Origin: Chrysomallon squamiferum
Lineage: Eukaryota; Animalia; Mollusca
DNA length: 64,000 nucleotides
NCBI GenBank assembly: GCA_012295275.1
Contig: CM022678.1
Coordinates: 10,044,001 to 10,108,000, forward strand
Direction: 5' to 3'
This document shows, piece by piece, positions 12,710 to 26,978 of this stretch; position 1 is the stretch's first letter, and every line of letters begins with the position of its first letter. The notes beneath the pieces are model-generated. The model did no database searches, was not told where the DNA came from, and saw only the letters and a list, made by a program, of their open reading frames with translations. Position numbers and translations under genes: made by a program.

Positions 12710-13848
12710 CTGAAGTATGTTTAACTAAATCGTCAATGAGAGACACAAAAAGATCAGGATTATTTCCAATGTCCACATCTGTCAAAGAAAGGAGTTTTCC
12801 ATGGAAACATTCTATCAGAAACTCCAACAGCAGGTTGGTTAAACAACTGGAGTTCAGACTTAATTCCTATACAGAACTTGTGTCCAATTTGGATTCTGGA
12901 ATACCTGAAATAAATGAAAAACAGTATTAAGAAACTTGGCAACTATATCTTAACTATCAGCAGAAAAAAGAAAAAGCTCAGAAAATATGATAGGAGTTTC
13001 ATATCAGTGGAGCCTACACTCTTAGCTCTGAAAATAAATAAATCAATAAATAAATAAATAAATAAATAAATATCAAATTAAACCACTATAAATAAACAAA
13101 TAAATAAATAAGAGTAGTAATAGTGGTAATAGTTGTAGTATTAGTAGTAACAGTACTAGTAGTAGTAAATTGCAGCAGTAACAGTGATAGTGATAACTGT
13201 GGTAGAATTAGCTTAGATTGAATAGTAGTAGTAAATACAATAAGATGAGTTAGTAAATAACTGCAGACACAACAATAGTAGTAGTAATAGAAAAAATAAT
13301 AGCATTAACATGTGTAGAAACAGCAGTAACAGACATAGTGGTAAGTATATATATATAGTAGTTATTGCTAATAGATTTAGTGTCTTGAAAATCACTGTTA
13401 GTAACTATTTTTTCAATAGTAGGATAACAGTAGTAACAGTGGTAATAGCAGAAGTAGCAATATTAGTAGCTAACTGTAATACTGGACAATTAATAATAAC
13501 AATAACAATGACAATAATAATATTATTAATAACAATAACAATAATAATGACAATAATAGTAACAATATAATGACAATAAGAAGGAGAAGAAGAAGACAAT
13601 GAAGAAGAAGAGAAAACAATAATTTGTTTTTCACAATTATACATATATATATATAAATATAATAATAATTTCTTGTTCTAGGGTTTTATTATTATTATTA
13701 TTATTATTATTATAAAACAGTTATAATTGCGATTACTCACAGCACTCTCAGTGTGTTTTGTTGGTGGTGAGGCTAAGGAAAATCACTGTTGTGTTAGAAC
13801 ACATTGCCAAACACACCGTTCTGAACGCCTGGGGTCCAAAACTGTTTC
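12710..13848 (-). pseudogene. Leucine-rich-repeat (ribonuclease-inhibitor-like) gene fragment, 2-3 exons
   Basis: Exon 13741-13848 reads NSFGPQAFRTVCLAMCSNTTVIFLSLTTNK (ag|..|gtgagt). Exon 12710-12904 reads V*ELSLNSSCLTNLLLEFLIECFHGKLLSLTDVDIGNNPDL (ag|..|gtaatt). Both show LxxLxLxxN-like spacing, with a stop and a frameshift. Confidence 0.55.
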
Positions 13849-14519
13849 CTGATAAATTAAAAAAATTATTCAGTAGGTTATAATCAAGTTATCGGCTGAA
13901 AAGGTTGTCAGAATGTGATAAAGTAAACTAATGTATTTATAATAAAATAAAAAAATATTCTTTATCTGAATATTAGTTTTATCGTATAAACGGCTGTAAT
14001 GGTAGCAGAAGACTTTTTAAAAATAAATATGTTAGAAATACAGGAGAAATTAATGTAGTTTTCTGTTACTTAAAAGACAGTCTTACAGTGATAATTAGAT
14101 ATGCCTGAAGAAATAAGAGATTACTGTTTTAACGAGATTTAACAGTATTAAAAAGCATAAAAAGAAAAAGGTTTTAATTTTGTCCTCCCCTCCGAAATGT
14201 TTGATACACGGTAGTCTTTTTCCTTTTAGATGACTTGAAACTAATATCGTAATCGAGACTCATTTCCGACTCGCACGTCACTTCGCGTGTGCTAGAAAAA
14301 CATTTTAATCTTCGTTTACTATTGAACGATAACAGATAATTTTGAATTCGCTGATAAGAAATATTCACTTATTAGTAATGTTAATGACATGGAGGTAGGA
14401 ATCAAAAAAAAAAAAAAAAAAAAAAAAAAATTAAAATAAATAACGATTGGGAACGCTCACGATTCGGACCTAAGGACCTCTAAGATTGTAGTGTTTATAT
14501 CAGTTCTCATTTTCTTAAA

Positions 14520-14583
14520 CAACAGAAATTTAAACTAAACAAACTTTTTAAAATTTTATTTTGTTTTTATTTATTTATTTATT

Positions 14584-14634
<51 letters not shown>

Positions 14635-17600
14635 TCAGAAAATTTAAAATAAATAAGAAGTCAATATGAAAATTAATAGTGAACGATCTATGTATTTTTC
14701 ATTATTAACAATGGAAAATATCTAAATATTGATTTTCCAAACAGTTTCATTCACAATAAAAACATTTTTTTTTTTTTTTTTTTTTTAAATGTGTGGAATA
14801 ATAAGAGTATAATAATTTTATAATCAACAGTGAAAGAGTAAATTGAGTAAAATATACATTCTTCACAGTCCATAGTTAATGTGACACGTACTAAAAAAAA
14901 ATAGTTTTTTAAAGTGTTATTACTTTTTCCTTATTTAAGTTTTTGGAAAGCTGATAAAGCAGCAGATTAAATCTCAGTCTTAACTTTATAAAAAGCACAG
15001 TCCATAGTGAAAAGTGAAGATTCATGTCTTTTTCTCTTTTTTTTTCATTAAAAAGGAAGAAGTGAGAAGACCTGAAATTAAGGAGATGTATTATTATCTA
15101 CATCACAGACTGATATTGAAAAGAAGAGATGTAAAGATCATGTCATCTTTTATTGTAAACAAGAAGCCCAGTAGACATGAAGAAATATGGATGGGTTTCC
15201 AGGTAAGTGCCATTTTTAAATAAATGTATTAGAGAAAATAGGGTGGAGGTAAAGGTATACCAGATAACTGAATCTGAGAGATGGTTTCAAAATATTTACT
15301 TTGAAGAGAAGCTCATTGTATATTTAGAATTATAGAACAGGTTAAGTGATAAATATTCTTTATTTTAACTTTAATAAAAAGTTTTAAAAATGTCTATAAA
15401 CACTGACAGATGAACAGATGGATGGAAAGATAGATGATGGATTGATACATAGATGTAGATTATAGTCAGCTTGATAAGCAGTCATAATATTATAGTTAGA
15501 CAGATGGAAAACATGGAATAATAAGATAGAAGACAGATCATAGCTAAATTAATAGAGAGGAAGATACACAGTGATAATAACAACTAATCTGGAAAATGAG
15601 AAAGAAAATATATAAAGTTACATAACAGTAGATACAGTGTGTTTGTAGATGGACAAACAGAAAGACAGGTTGTAATGTAGGTATGTAGACATAGTTAGAT
15701 ATGTGGGTAGGCAGGGAGTTGGGTAGATGATTGGTGGATGGTTATGTGTTGGATGGACAAGATAAAAGAAAAATACATAAGATAGAAGGAGCAGATAGGT
15801 AGGTAGATAGGTAGGTGTGTGTGTAGATAGATAACTCAGCAGGTTGATGGATAGATACAAAGAGAGGTAGAGAGTGATGGATAGGAAGATAGGTAACTAT
15901 ATGTATATGGAAGTGCAGGTACATGTGTTTGATGTGCTAGAACATGTGTGAATGAGAGTGTGCTTGTGTTACAACTGGACAGACATACAGAAAGACAGAA
16001 GTTGTAAGGTAGTTAGCAGGGAGGTAGCTGCAGAGATGGACAGATGATTTATGGATGGTTATTGATAGATCAAAATGTGAACAGATAGATTAAAAAAAGA
16101 AAATGACAGGTTGGTACATGCATATATGGAAATTGATGTTGGCATATAGGTATGCAAAAGGACTACATTGTTCTGTTACAGATATGTATGTATGTGAATG
16201 GGAATGTGCTTGTGTGTTTTTGATATGCAGCTGCATGAAATAAAACAATAAGGTCTAGGTAGTGAATTTGTATTTCATTGTTCCACAGTAAGTGTAACAG
16301 GCAGAGGTCCTTCCCTTCTTGTGACCAAATTGCTGTGTGAAACCTGTCAGTGAACTCCATAAATCATCAAGCTGCATTTGCGATGAATGATTTTATTTTT
16401 TTATATTTTATAAATTATTTGAGATACATTTCTTAGTAATTCTTTGTGTTTTCCAAAATATTTAAATTACCTGCTGACTTACTGGATTTATTTCTATGTT
16501 ATTTGTGTTTCAGAATGGATGACAATAAGCCAGCTGAAAATGCTGAAAATGTTAGCGGTGAAAAGGTAAGTAAAGTTTTAATTATGTTTTGCTATCATGT
16601 TTTCACACATGATCACAGTAAAATAAAATTAATAGATAAGAATGATGATGAAAAACACAGACTGTTTGTAATAAGATTTTTTTTTAATGGGTTATTTTTG
16701 TAGTGAAAATTTCTTTTTATTTTATTTATTAATTTTAAGTGATCATTAGCCAGTAATTGTAAAGAAGTATGTTTTTGTAAGTTTGGTTATCAGTTGGCAT
16801 TTTTCATTCTTTATTTTTACTAAAGTAAAAACATTAATTGTTGTACATTTCATTTATTTATTTACTATTGGTCTTAATAAAAATCAAAATGAGCTTTATA
16901 ATCAGTTAAATAAAACACTTTGTTTTCAATATTGTTAAATTTTTAGATTTATAACAAACATACCTTCACGTTACTGTTACTGAAAATATTAACTAGCAAT
17001 ACACATATATTTATTTATTTTCACGATTATTATTATTAACTTACTCCATTTATTGTTTTAAGAAAAACTATTTCTATCTCATAGGTTTTTTTTAACAATT
17101 AAGGAAATATATGTCTTTTTAATAAACAAATTTAAAATTTTACCAACTCTTGCACTTTTTGACTTAATAAACCTTAACAGTTTTTAAGTAAAGTTATGAC
17201 TTGCATAAACATAGCAAAACTTAATAAAAATCAAAATAATCATTTTAAAACAGATGTCAGCATCAATTTTATTATGGTATAATAAAATATGAAAAGTTTT
17301 TAAAAATTCCAGCAGAATATAGAATTTTAATAATATCAGGGACATAACTTCAAAGTATAAGCTCAAGAACAGTTGTTTGTCTTATTTTTTTTATTAAGAT
17401 TAGTAACAATTAAAATTTAATTAGAAAATAAATACTCCTTTTTCATACTTACATTTTAGTTTTCACCATAAAGTAACTTTATAATATCTTTATTATCTCT
17501 TACTGGAAGTTGTTTTATGTTTATATAATTCAGTAAATATATCAAATAAAATATATTTCAGGTTAGCTATTTTGAATATATATTTATTTATTTTTCCATA

Positions 17601-17959
17601 GATTCCATAGAAATGATACTTAGATAGCAATAAATTAATATTATTTTTCAGACCATATAATAAATATGGTATTTACAGTTTTGTGTTTTGTTATTTGTTT
17701 GTTTGTAAAGTTGAAATTTATTTTCATTGTAATTAAAATATAAATAATTTGTACAGTTCCATTTCTGTATTGATTGGTTTTTTGCATTAATCAGTTTGGT
17801 TATAATAGTTAGTTAAATGTTACCTCTTCAGTTTGTTAGGTTATTAGAAAATACTTTATTTGTTTATTTTTTACTTTAAGTAATTTTACCTGCAAATAAA
17901 AGTTTAAAATTACAAGCTTTAAGACAGAAATTTTGATTGTCTATTACATTACATTGGCA

Positions 17960-17996
<37 letters not shown>

Positions 17997-20900
17997 ATCT
18001 TTCAGGTTTTTTTAATCAATTTTAATACTTTTAAAAATTCTGTTCTGCATTATCCAATGATTTTTGTTTTAATGTTGATTTATTTCACTTTAAATTTGTG
18101 AATTTTTATTTATCTTCACTCTTATCCCTTTTATCTTTGTATCTTTTAATTTATATTTAATTTTTAATTTAATTTTTAATATTTAATTTATTTATATTAT
18201 TATTTTTTTTAATACTGGCATTCAAAACTTCTCTGCATGTTTATCATAACATTTAAATTAACAGCATCCATCAACTACAGATCTGACCTTCATTCTATTG
18301 AAGAATCTAACTAGCAGAAGTAATTAGTGCAGATTTGGGATTAAAAGCCTTTCATTAATTTTTATTTATAAATTGTTTTTTGTTTTTTCCCTATGAGATA
18401 TAATTCTAAACAAATTTTAAATCTCTTTCTGGTTTTGCAGGTGATTTTGAGAGAAAAAAACCTGAAGCTGACAAATTCATCTGATACTGTTACTAGACAG
18501 TCAGAGGAAGTCAGTAAAACAGAGCACTGTTCTAAAGTAAGTGGTATCAATATGTTTTATAATAATAAATAAGAGTAATGTGTGTAAGTACGTGTGTACT
18601 ATGAATGCAGGGCTTGTAATGGCCAGTGGCCATTAATTGTAAGGTTTGCTCAGGCAAAGGATTTAGTTTTTTTTAAAGTTATTTTTGCTGCTTCTTGAAT
18701 GTTACCATCAGATCCAGATAAATAAAGTCAGCATTAAAACATTGTTAAAGTATAGTTCATTGATAATTTATAATAAATTTCCATGTCAGAAATTTTTCTT
18801 CCCAAAGATTTTATTGTGCAAATTAATCATATGCTCCAAGCCTGGAATTGGATTAAAAATAGTCATTTAAATAATATACATTAAGATTTAGATTTTTTAT
18901 TTATTGCTATTTTATTTTTATTTTATTAATTTTTCTTTCTATATTTAGATAAATCTGGGCTAAAACAAAGGGACTGTACAAAATCCACAAAATTGCCTGA
19001 TCTTGAACAAATAGTAGGAAGCAGTGACTCATACATGAAACAAGATAGTTGTTTAAATATAGCTATCATACCACCAGCACAAAGTTTGGATCCTGTGATG
19101 TCCTGCATTTCAGGGGTTTTCTTGACCAGCTTGGGTTAAAGGATGCAGGAGGACCTTTCAGGTAAGTAGATTATATACTTATGTAGTTTGCTTGAAATAT
19201 ATAAAAAAATAATAATTTATATTTTTGAGGGAAGAGAGGAAGGGATATTAATGGGTTTTTTGTTTGCTTTTTTTCTTTATCAGATAAAATAGTATTTTAA
19301 ATAAATTATTTGAAAATATATAATAGCAACATTACCACCACTATAATACAAAAACCTGTCTAAACCGGCATTTCATTTATTGATTCTGTTTTATAAAAAG
19401 TTAAATCATATTCCTGAAAAATGTACCTTCCAAATGCATAGTGATGAAGTTGGTGGTAATTATGTTATATATTGTCATTGATCAGGAAGAAGCAGATGTA
19501 AATCCTTACAACTCTTGTTTCCTACAAGTCAAAACTTTATATATGAGATGACACAGAGTTGATTAGTTTGTGTGTTAGTGTTGCAGTATCTGCATTATTT
19601 TCTTCAATTATTATTATTTTGTTTTATCTGCTGGATCACTTCCTCGTTCAGGATTCAAATCTGTTAACTTCAATAGACATACTTACAGATTTGTAGGTGA
19701 TAAAAGTTCAGTTCAGGTGAAGATAACACTTCAGCATTTTAATCACTGCAGTTTTGTTTTGTTTTAGAATAATATACATAAACTAGCTAATGAACTGAAT
19801 GATACTCACAAATAATGTTTTTTTGTGAATTTATTCAGCTGTCATTTAATGTAATAAAAAAAATATATATTTTTTTTAAATGTAACAAAAAGATCTGTAG
19901 GTATAAAGGACTTTTTCGTGGTTTGAATAAATTATATCATCACATTTTAAAATGTTAGCAATTAAATATTTGTAATTAATTGGAATTCTCTTGATCTTTT
20001 GGGATTAAAAGGTTATTATTCTGGATAAATTTGTTGTTGTAGCCAGATTATAAAATTATATTTTTAATCAAATTGAAAATTAGATGCAGAAAATCAGTTC
20101 TATGCTGTCACAGAAAAGTAATGCAATATGTAATCAAAATGACTGAATTCAGCTACCTGATGCAGAATGACATTAACATGTTGTTATCAGGACTGAAAAG
20201 CATTCATGTCTGTTTTGATGTAGTTATCATGGGTCATTGTAAAATATTTTTTATTTCATTCTGCCATGTTCTTGCCATTTATACAAACTGGTGTGATTCA
20301 GTAAAAGTCCTCCTAAATAATGAATTGTCCTTTATTGTGGGATTTTGGACAATGAATTAAGATTAGCAAGTCTGGTTGTATACCTTTAGTTGAAATACTC
20401 ATTGGTCAGTATCTCATTCTGTCTAACTTTATTTTTGAAGGTAGTGTTAAATGCATTTCTGTCTGTTTTGTTTTGGTTAGAGTCTGAAAGAGGAATAGAG
20501 ATTCATCACTGCTATGGAATGTCATTTTTCTAATTAACCTAAAATTAATGTGATAGTGCATAGAGGTGTTAAATTTTTTAATCATCAAATTTTTGTTTTA
20601 TTTAAATTGGGGAAAATGAAGGGTTTGCTGGGATAATCAATGTAAATATATTTAAAATTATGTAATTAGGGTAATTAGATTTTTTTTATTAAAAAAACAA
20701 AAACAAAACAACATGAGTTTGCTGGAGGTAATCAATGGAAATATAATTGAAGATTATGTAATTAGGGGTAATTAGAATTTTTTATTTAAAAAAACAACAA
20801 CACTTTTTTTAATTATTATTATTATTATTATTTAAATCAGGGGAAAATCAAGTGTTTGCTGGGGGTAATCAATGTAAATATAATTGAAGATTATGTAATT

Positions 20901-21010
20901 AGGGGTAATTAGAATTTTTTATAAAAAATATAAAAAAATATAAAAATGTTTTCCTTATATTTCCATCCTGGGAAACTCAAGGGTTTGCTGGGGGTAATCA
21001 TTGTATAAAC
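14520..21010. repeat. Inverted segmental duplication, left arm part 1 (matches 63557-56273, then 54067 to about 53240)
   Basis: Continuous reverse-complement similarity, e.g. the twin ORFs 20073-20360(+)/56396-56683(-) and 16446-16703(+)/60143-60373(-). Confidence 0.95.
15050..20575 (+). pseudogene. IRAG/LRMP-like pseudogene copy A1 (coiled-coil exons deleted)
   Basis: Exons 16514-16565 (MDDNKPAENAENVSGEK), 18441-18536 and 18949-19161 are reverse-complement copies of copy B exons. At about 20485 it jumps directly into the terminal exon. Confidence 0.65.
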
Positions 21011-22102
21011 ATATCACAAAATTTACATTACAGAAAACATTTAACAGTACTGTTTTAATAATATCCTTTTGATACTACTGAGTGTATTATATATACATTT
21101 TTTTGAGTGTTGCTGTTCATCTTTCAGAAAAACAAATGAAGAATTACTGATTTATTAAATTATTTATAGAAAACAAAACTGTTAAAAATATGTAATTCTG
21201 GAATACATTTTATGTAATGTGTTGGTTTATAATTTCTTTTCTTTTTTTCTTTTTTTTTTTTTTTTTTTTTTTTTTTCTTTCATCTATAATAACACAAACA
21301 AAATAAATTTCAGGACTTTATATTGAGTTTTTAATGATAATATAGCAGATATATTCACTGTTTTGTTTGTTGAGTAAATTCAGAAAAAAATTCATTTTAA
21401 AGCCAAAATAATAAATAAATAAATAAAAATAAAATGTTCTTGATTTTATGTTGGTATTAGGAAACAGTAGGTTGTTATAGTAATGTTTTGTGATTAATAT
21501 AAACATTTGACACATTCAGTTTGCTGATACCAGTACTGCCATGGATGAATGAAATAAAAACTTTACCAGCATGAATGTAGATTAATATCTAAACAATATC
21601 TACACTCAGATACTGTAATCTGAGATTTTTGTTTTCTGCCATTTTGAACATTTTATCACAATATAGTCTATTTGTATAGATAATATAAGAAAGTTCTGAA
21701 TAGTATAAATTACTGCATAGTAAGTGTTTTAAATTTACAATAGAGTGTGTGCATAGCTGTGTAGTTCTTAGAATACTGTGTATGCATAAGTGTGTGTGTG
21801 TAATGTGTTTTTAGATTTAGAATATAGTTGTGCACTTGTGTAGTTTTTAAATTTACATTATACTGTGTGTGTGTTTTAGTGTTTTTAAATTGTACAGCAA
21901 TTGTAGTGTTTCTACATTTACAATACAGTTGTGTGTGTGTGATGTATTTTTAAATTTACAACAGTGTAGTGAGTTGTTTTTAAATCTACAATAGTGTGTG
22001 TATGGGTATGATCTATTTCTAAATTTAAAATTCAGAGTGCATATAGGTAATGTTTTTTAAATTTAAAATACAGTTGCACAGTGAATTTTTGGTGTTCAGT
22101 AC

Positions 22103-22143
<41 letters not shown>

Positions 22144-22588
22144 TTTTAAATGAACTGGAATGGTAATGCATTTAAATTTACAGTATACTGTGTGTCTTTT
22201 GTATGTGTGATTTTATAATTTGCATTACAGTGATATGCAGCTTTTAGTTAATACTGATGTTATTAGCAGATTTATACTTTTGCGAATACTAATATTATTG
22301 GTATGTTTATAATGTTAGCATATTTGCAGTACTTCTGTTAATTATATTTTTTGTATATTTATTCATTTGTTACTACTTATATTGGCAGATTTCATTACTA
22401 GTGTAGTCTTACTGATGATAATAAATGTATATATAATAACTGTATTGTATGTGCAAATTCACTAATATTAATCAATTAACTAATAGCATTAATACAGTAT
22501 TAACAATTTTAGTAATAGTAAAAATATTGTTAAATTCATGTATACAATACACATACAAATAACCGATGGGTGCATTGGAAATAATATA

Positions 22589-22676
<88 letters not shown>

Positions 22677-23322
22677 GTTGTAGCTATATGTGAAATGGTA
22701 TAACCATTGATCAGAAGGTACATCTAGGAATATGTGATTTCATGTTACAAATAAGTGTATCATTGTTATTATTATTATTATTTTATTCTTACCCTATATA
22801 ATATGATATTCCAAATTAATTAGTTTATAGTAGTAATAATGTTGAAAGAAACAAACTTGGATATAAACATGATACCATTATGCACAATGTAAAGAGTATG
22901 CATTTTACTGTTTCAAAATATATATATATATCGTAGTTGTTTTATATATATATATATCGTATATGTGGCAAGCATGTCATTTTAGTACAGCATATATGGA
23001 AATATCGCAAATATTTTTGATATTATGCAGAGGAGATTAATATAATAAGAAAGGGATTATCTACATTTACAAAGGGTCTCAGTAGATGTTTTCAGGTGCA
23101 GCAGAGAGGTAAATACTACAAGAATGAGTTCATGTGAAAAAAAAATAAAAACAATAATCATGTTGTTATTTAAACTTCATAAGAAAGAATTACTTCGAAA
23201 TACATATATTAGATTTCTGAACGTATACAATAATAAATTAAAAAATTCAGGTTATTCAGATCATCACTACAACACTTAACTGAGAGTTATATATATTCTA
23301 GTTTTTATTAAATTAAATTACA

Positions 23323-23453
23323 GCCTGAAGAATCGTTGTTGTCCAAAACGTTGATGTTTGATGACATCACCGTGACAGAGGCCTCGGAGAGCAAGTCAGA
23401 CAACAGCAGAGTAATTATATCTTTATTTACTTAGTTATTGGTTATATATGTCT

Positions 23454-23488
<35 letters not shown>

Positions 23489-25090
23489 TTTGCCTGATGT
23501 TTTATTTATGTCTTTATTTATTTGTTTGTTTGTCTGTCTGTTTATTTATGTCTTTATTTATTTATTTATTTGTCTGACTGTTAATTTATATCGTTATTTA
23601 TTTATTTATTTGTCTGTCTGTTTATTTATGTCTATTTATTTATTTATTTATTTGTTTTTGTTTATTTATTTATTTATTTATTTATTTATGTCTTTATTTA
23701 CTTATTTATTTATTTGTTTATTTGTTAGTGTTTAGATGTTCATCATTTATTTATTTATTTATATCCTTATGAGATTTTAATTCTGAGTTTACTATTACTC
23801 TTGATTAACAAACAGGTTTCTTTTGTTTTGTTTTAGGGAAGAAAACAAAAAGACAGAAGAAAGACAGATGAAGAATGAGCCGCTGAATCCCGAGACTGAG
23901 ACAGTTACTGTTCAAGGACAGAAACTGGACGTCGATGTTGACGACGTTCTGTCAGTGTTTTCCAAACACAAGCAGTCGCTGATGTTAGCAGCGTCACTGA
24001 AGTGAGATCCACCCACCAAGTCAGACGACAACCACGGCTGAGTTAAAAACTGTTTGTGAAGCATCGGCGTCACTGCGCAGTACACTTCTTCTGTCCGATC
24101 GTAGTTTGGTGTCCAGTGTATTAATTTCATTTAGTTTGGTGTGTCAGATCATTTCAGTGTAGATTAATTTCACTTATTTTTGTCATCTTTAAAACTGTAT
24201 CAAACTGTTACTATCTATGATGATTATTATTTTTTTATCTCTGTATTAGTTATTATTTTATAAGATTAATCTCTAAAAATGTATGAGACTGTTACATAAA
24301 ATAATCTATTAAGATAATCTTTGATGATAATTATTTTCTTTTATCTCTGTGTTAGTTATTATTTTATAAGATTAATCTCTAAAAATGTATCAGACTATTA
24401 CTTAAGATAATCTTGTGTCTGTTGTAAATTTATGAAATTTATGTGTTATTAAATAAGTTGACATGGTTTGTTTCACAGGTTTACAGAAATCACCAGCATT
24501 GACTGGAGTTCAGTTTAACAGGATAACTGGAACACAAACACCAAACTTCAGTGAATTCAACAGCTCTTTACCAGGTTTGTCTAACTTCATCATATCTTAA
24601 AAAAAATATCTTTTTAACAGTGTTACCTAGTTTTAAAATATCTTACATCCATTATAAATTATAATAGGTCTTTACCAAGTTTAACTAACTTTAAAATAGT
24701 TTATATTTGTTATATGTAAATTTGTTGTTTACCAGGTTTAACTCATTTTAATCATATTCTATATTTCCTATACGTAAAATAGGTCTCTACTAGGTTTTGT
24801 TAACTTTAAATCTGTTATATACAAAATAGGTTTTGTTGTTTGTTTTTAACTCCTTCCTCAGATGCACTTGCAATTATATCTCACTCTGCCTGTTTTCCTA
24901 GCCCAGCCTATTTTTGTGATCTTTCAGACTGGAAGATGAAGTTTATTAATCAGCTAGACAAGCAGGTCACTATGACAACAGCTTTTCACAACAACACCAG
25001 CTGCAACGTCGTTTTGAACCCTGGCAACAGACGCAGCAGCTTGATAAGTTAGATGTAAACAAGAAACGTCTTTGCTGTTGGCTACATCAT
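23323..25090 (+). pseudogene. Unidentified decayed exon chain
   Basis: GC-richer AG/GT-flanked blocks at about 23323-23410, 23837-24100, 24479-24574 and 24860-25090, with coding-like frames and in-frame TGAs; no family recognised. Confidence 0.45.
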
Positions 25091-25546
25091 TAATAATGAA
25101 ACATTTGTAAAAACTTTCTGAATTTCTTCAGGGCAAACAGTTTTCAGTAGTTTGATATCAAAATATAGCCGAATTTATTTTAAACACACACACATCCCAC
25201 ACAAACACATGTATGCACACAGAATCATAAAGCAGTTGTTAAATATCAGTGGTTAGATTGACAGTAAATTGAGTAAAACAGAAAAAAGAACCAGTAATTA
25301 AAAAAAGAACCAACAGTTTTATGGGAAAATTGCTGTGAAAAAGTAAAGATAACCTTTTTGTTTGTTGTGAAAACAGATGACAGTCCAGACAAGCTGTATT
25401 CAGTTAAACAATAACTTATTTAACAACAGTTTATTTAAAAACCAAGCTATGGAACAAAAACATTTTCTTTCTTCAGTCCATATATCAGTTTGTTGGAAAG
25501 TTCATTTTTTTTAAATTTCAGTTTAGGAAAAACCTGAAAAACATCG

Positions 25547-25740
25547 ATGTTTGATGACATCACCGTGACAGAGGCCTCGGAGAGCGAGTCAGACAACAGC
25601 AGAGTACTTGTATCTTTATTTACTTAGTTATTGGTTATATATGTCTTTATTTATTTATTTATTTACTTATTTATTTATTTATTTATTTATTTGTTAATAT
25701 TTAGATGTTGATCATTTATTTATTTATTTATATCCTTTTT
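25547..25740 (+). repeat. Direct duplicate of about 23352-23770 (exon end plus intron start)
   Basis: gatgtttgatgacatcaccgtgacagaggcctcggagagc[a/g]agtcagacaacagcagagta is present at both sites. Confidence 0.88.
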
Positions 25741-26177
25741 TATTTGTTTATTTGTTAATATTTAGATGTTCATCATTTATTTATTTATTTATTTATTTAC
25801 TTATTTGTTTATTTGTTTTTTTCTTCTTTTTTCTTTTTCTTTTTTGTTGTTACATTATTAATTTATTTAATTGTTTGTTTGTTTATTAAAATGATAACTT
25901 TATGCTAGTTCTTGTTCATAACTATTTGGAAACAAAGTTTTTGGGACTTAATTTTAATCAAGTTTTCTTGAAAGTCATAGCAGGCACCAAGCTAACTTTA
26001 TACTCTTCCACTTTTTTATTTAATGCTGTAGCAGTTCTAGTTTTAGAGACAGGAGAGCTAACTGATTAACACAATACTGACATCATTCCATGAAATATTA
26101 TATTTAACCCAGTGTAGCTCTGTATAGGGCAGTCATGAGTTCCATGATAAAATTAGAATACTGCATGCATGTGCATG

Positions 26178-26215
<38 letters not shown>

Positions 26216-26978
26216 AAACACGCACACACAAAAACTGTTCCCCATAAAAACTAAAAGTAGTCACATTTAACTGACAGTTTGATTAGAAATAATTAAACTG
26301 TTCTCTGGTTAGATACTTATAACTGAACAGCAATTAAATCAGTTTTGTCAGTTTTATAGTAACAACTCTTTACTGATTGTAAAATAGCATAATAATAATC
26401 ATTTATTTGCTATTGTTTTGTTAATTATTTAAATTATTACCATTTTTAATCATTATCATTATAATTATTATGCAAAGTATATCAAAAATATCCCACAACC
26501 CTTTGTGTCTGAATAATCCAGTAACTGGTACCAGTACAATTTAAGTTTTATTTTATTTATTTATAACAGTTTATTATTTTTATTATTTTATTTGTATTTT
26601 TTTCTTCAGAATTCACATAATTGATGTGCTGAGGTTGCTAGTGAAGTTGTTTCAGTAGAAGGTGCTGTCCAGCACTGAGGATAAAGTTTGTACTGCTGCC
26701 ACTGGAAAAGAGGGAAAAAAACCTGAACAGGTGAATTTAAGTTTGTTTTCTCATTATTCAAAACCTAATGAAGTTTAATTTGATTTAATGTAGGAAGTTG
26801 CATTTTGTAACATATATCAGTAAGTACACATGCACATACATTAGAATCTTGTATCACTGCATTTTATATCATGTTTCTCTCTCTTTCTTAAACACACACA
26901 AACACAACACTTCCATTCAAATAAACCTGATTATTTTGTTGTAAATATATATATAACTACAAAGGTATATAAATTAAA

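Noticed and set aside
14445-14492. tRNA-like segment on the minus strand (..gaggtccttaggtccgaatc..)
   Set aside because: Only a degenerate T-arm-like half; there is no A box, acceptor stem or cloverleaf. At most a SINE relic.
20073-20360. 95-aa ORF conserved in both arms (also 56396-56683)
   Set aside because: It is intronic with a TTG start and no motif, and the differences are mostly amino-acid changing; the conservation just reflects the duplication.
23837-24100. Three in-frame TGAs as selenocysteine or an alternative genetic code
   Set aside because: Neighbouring fragments also have TAA/TAG stops and frameshifts, and no SECIS was recognised; mutational decay is simpler.
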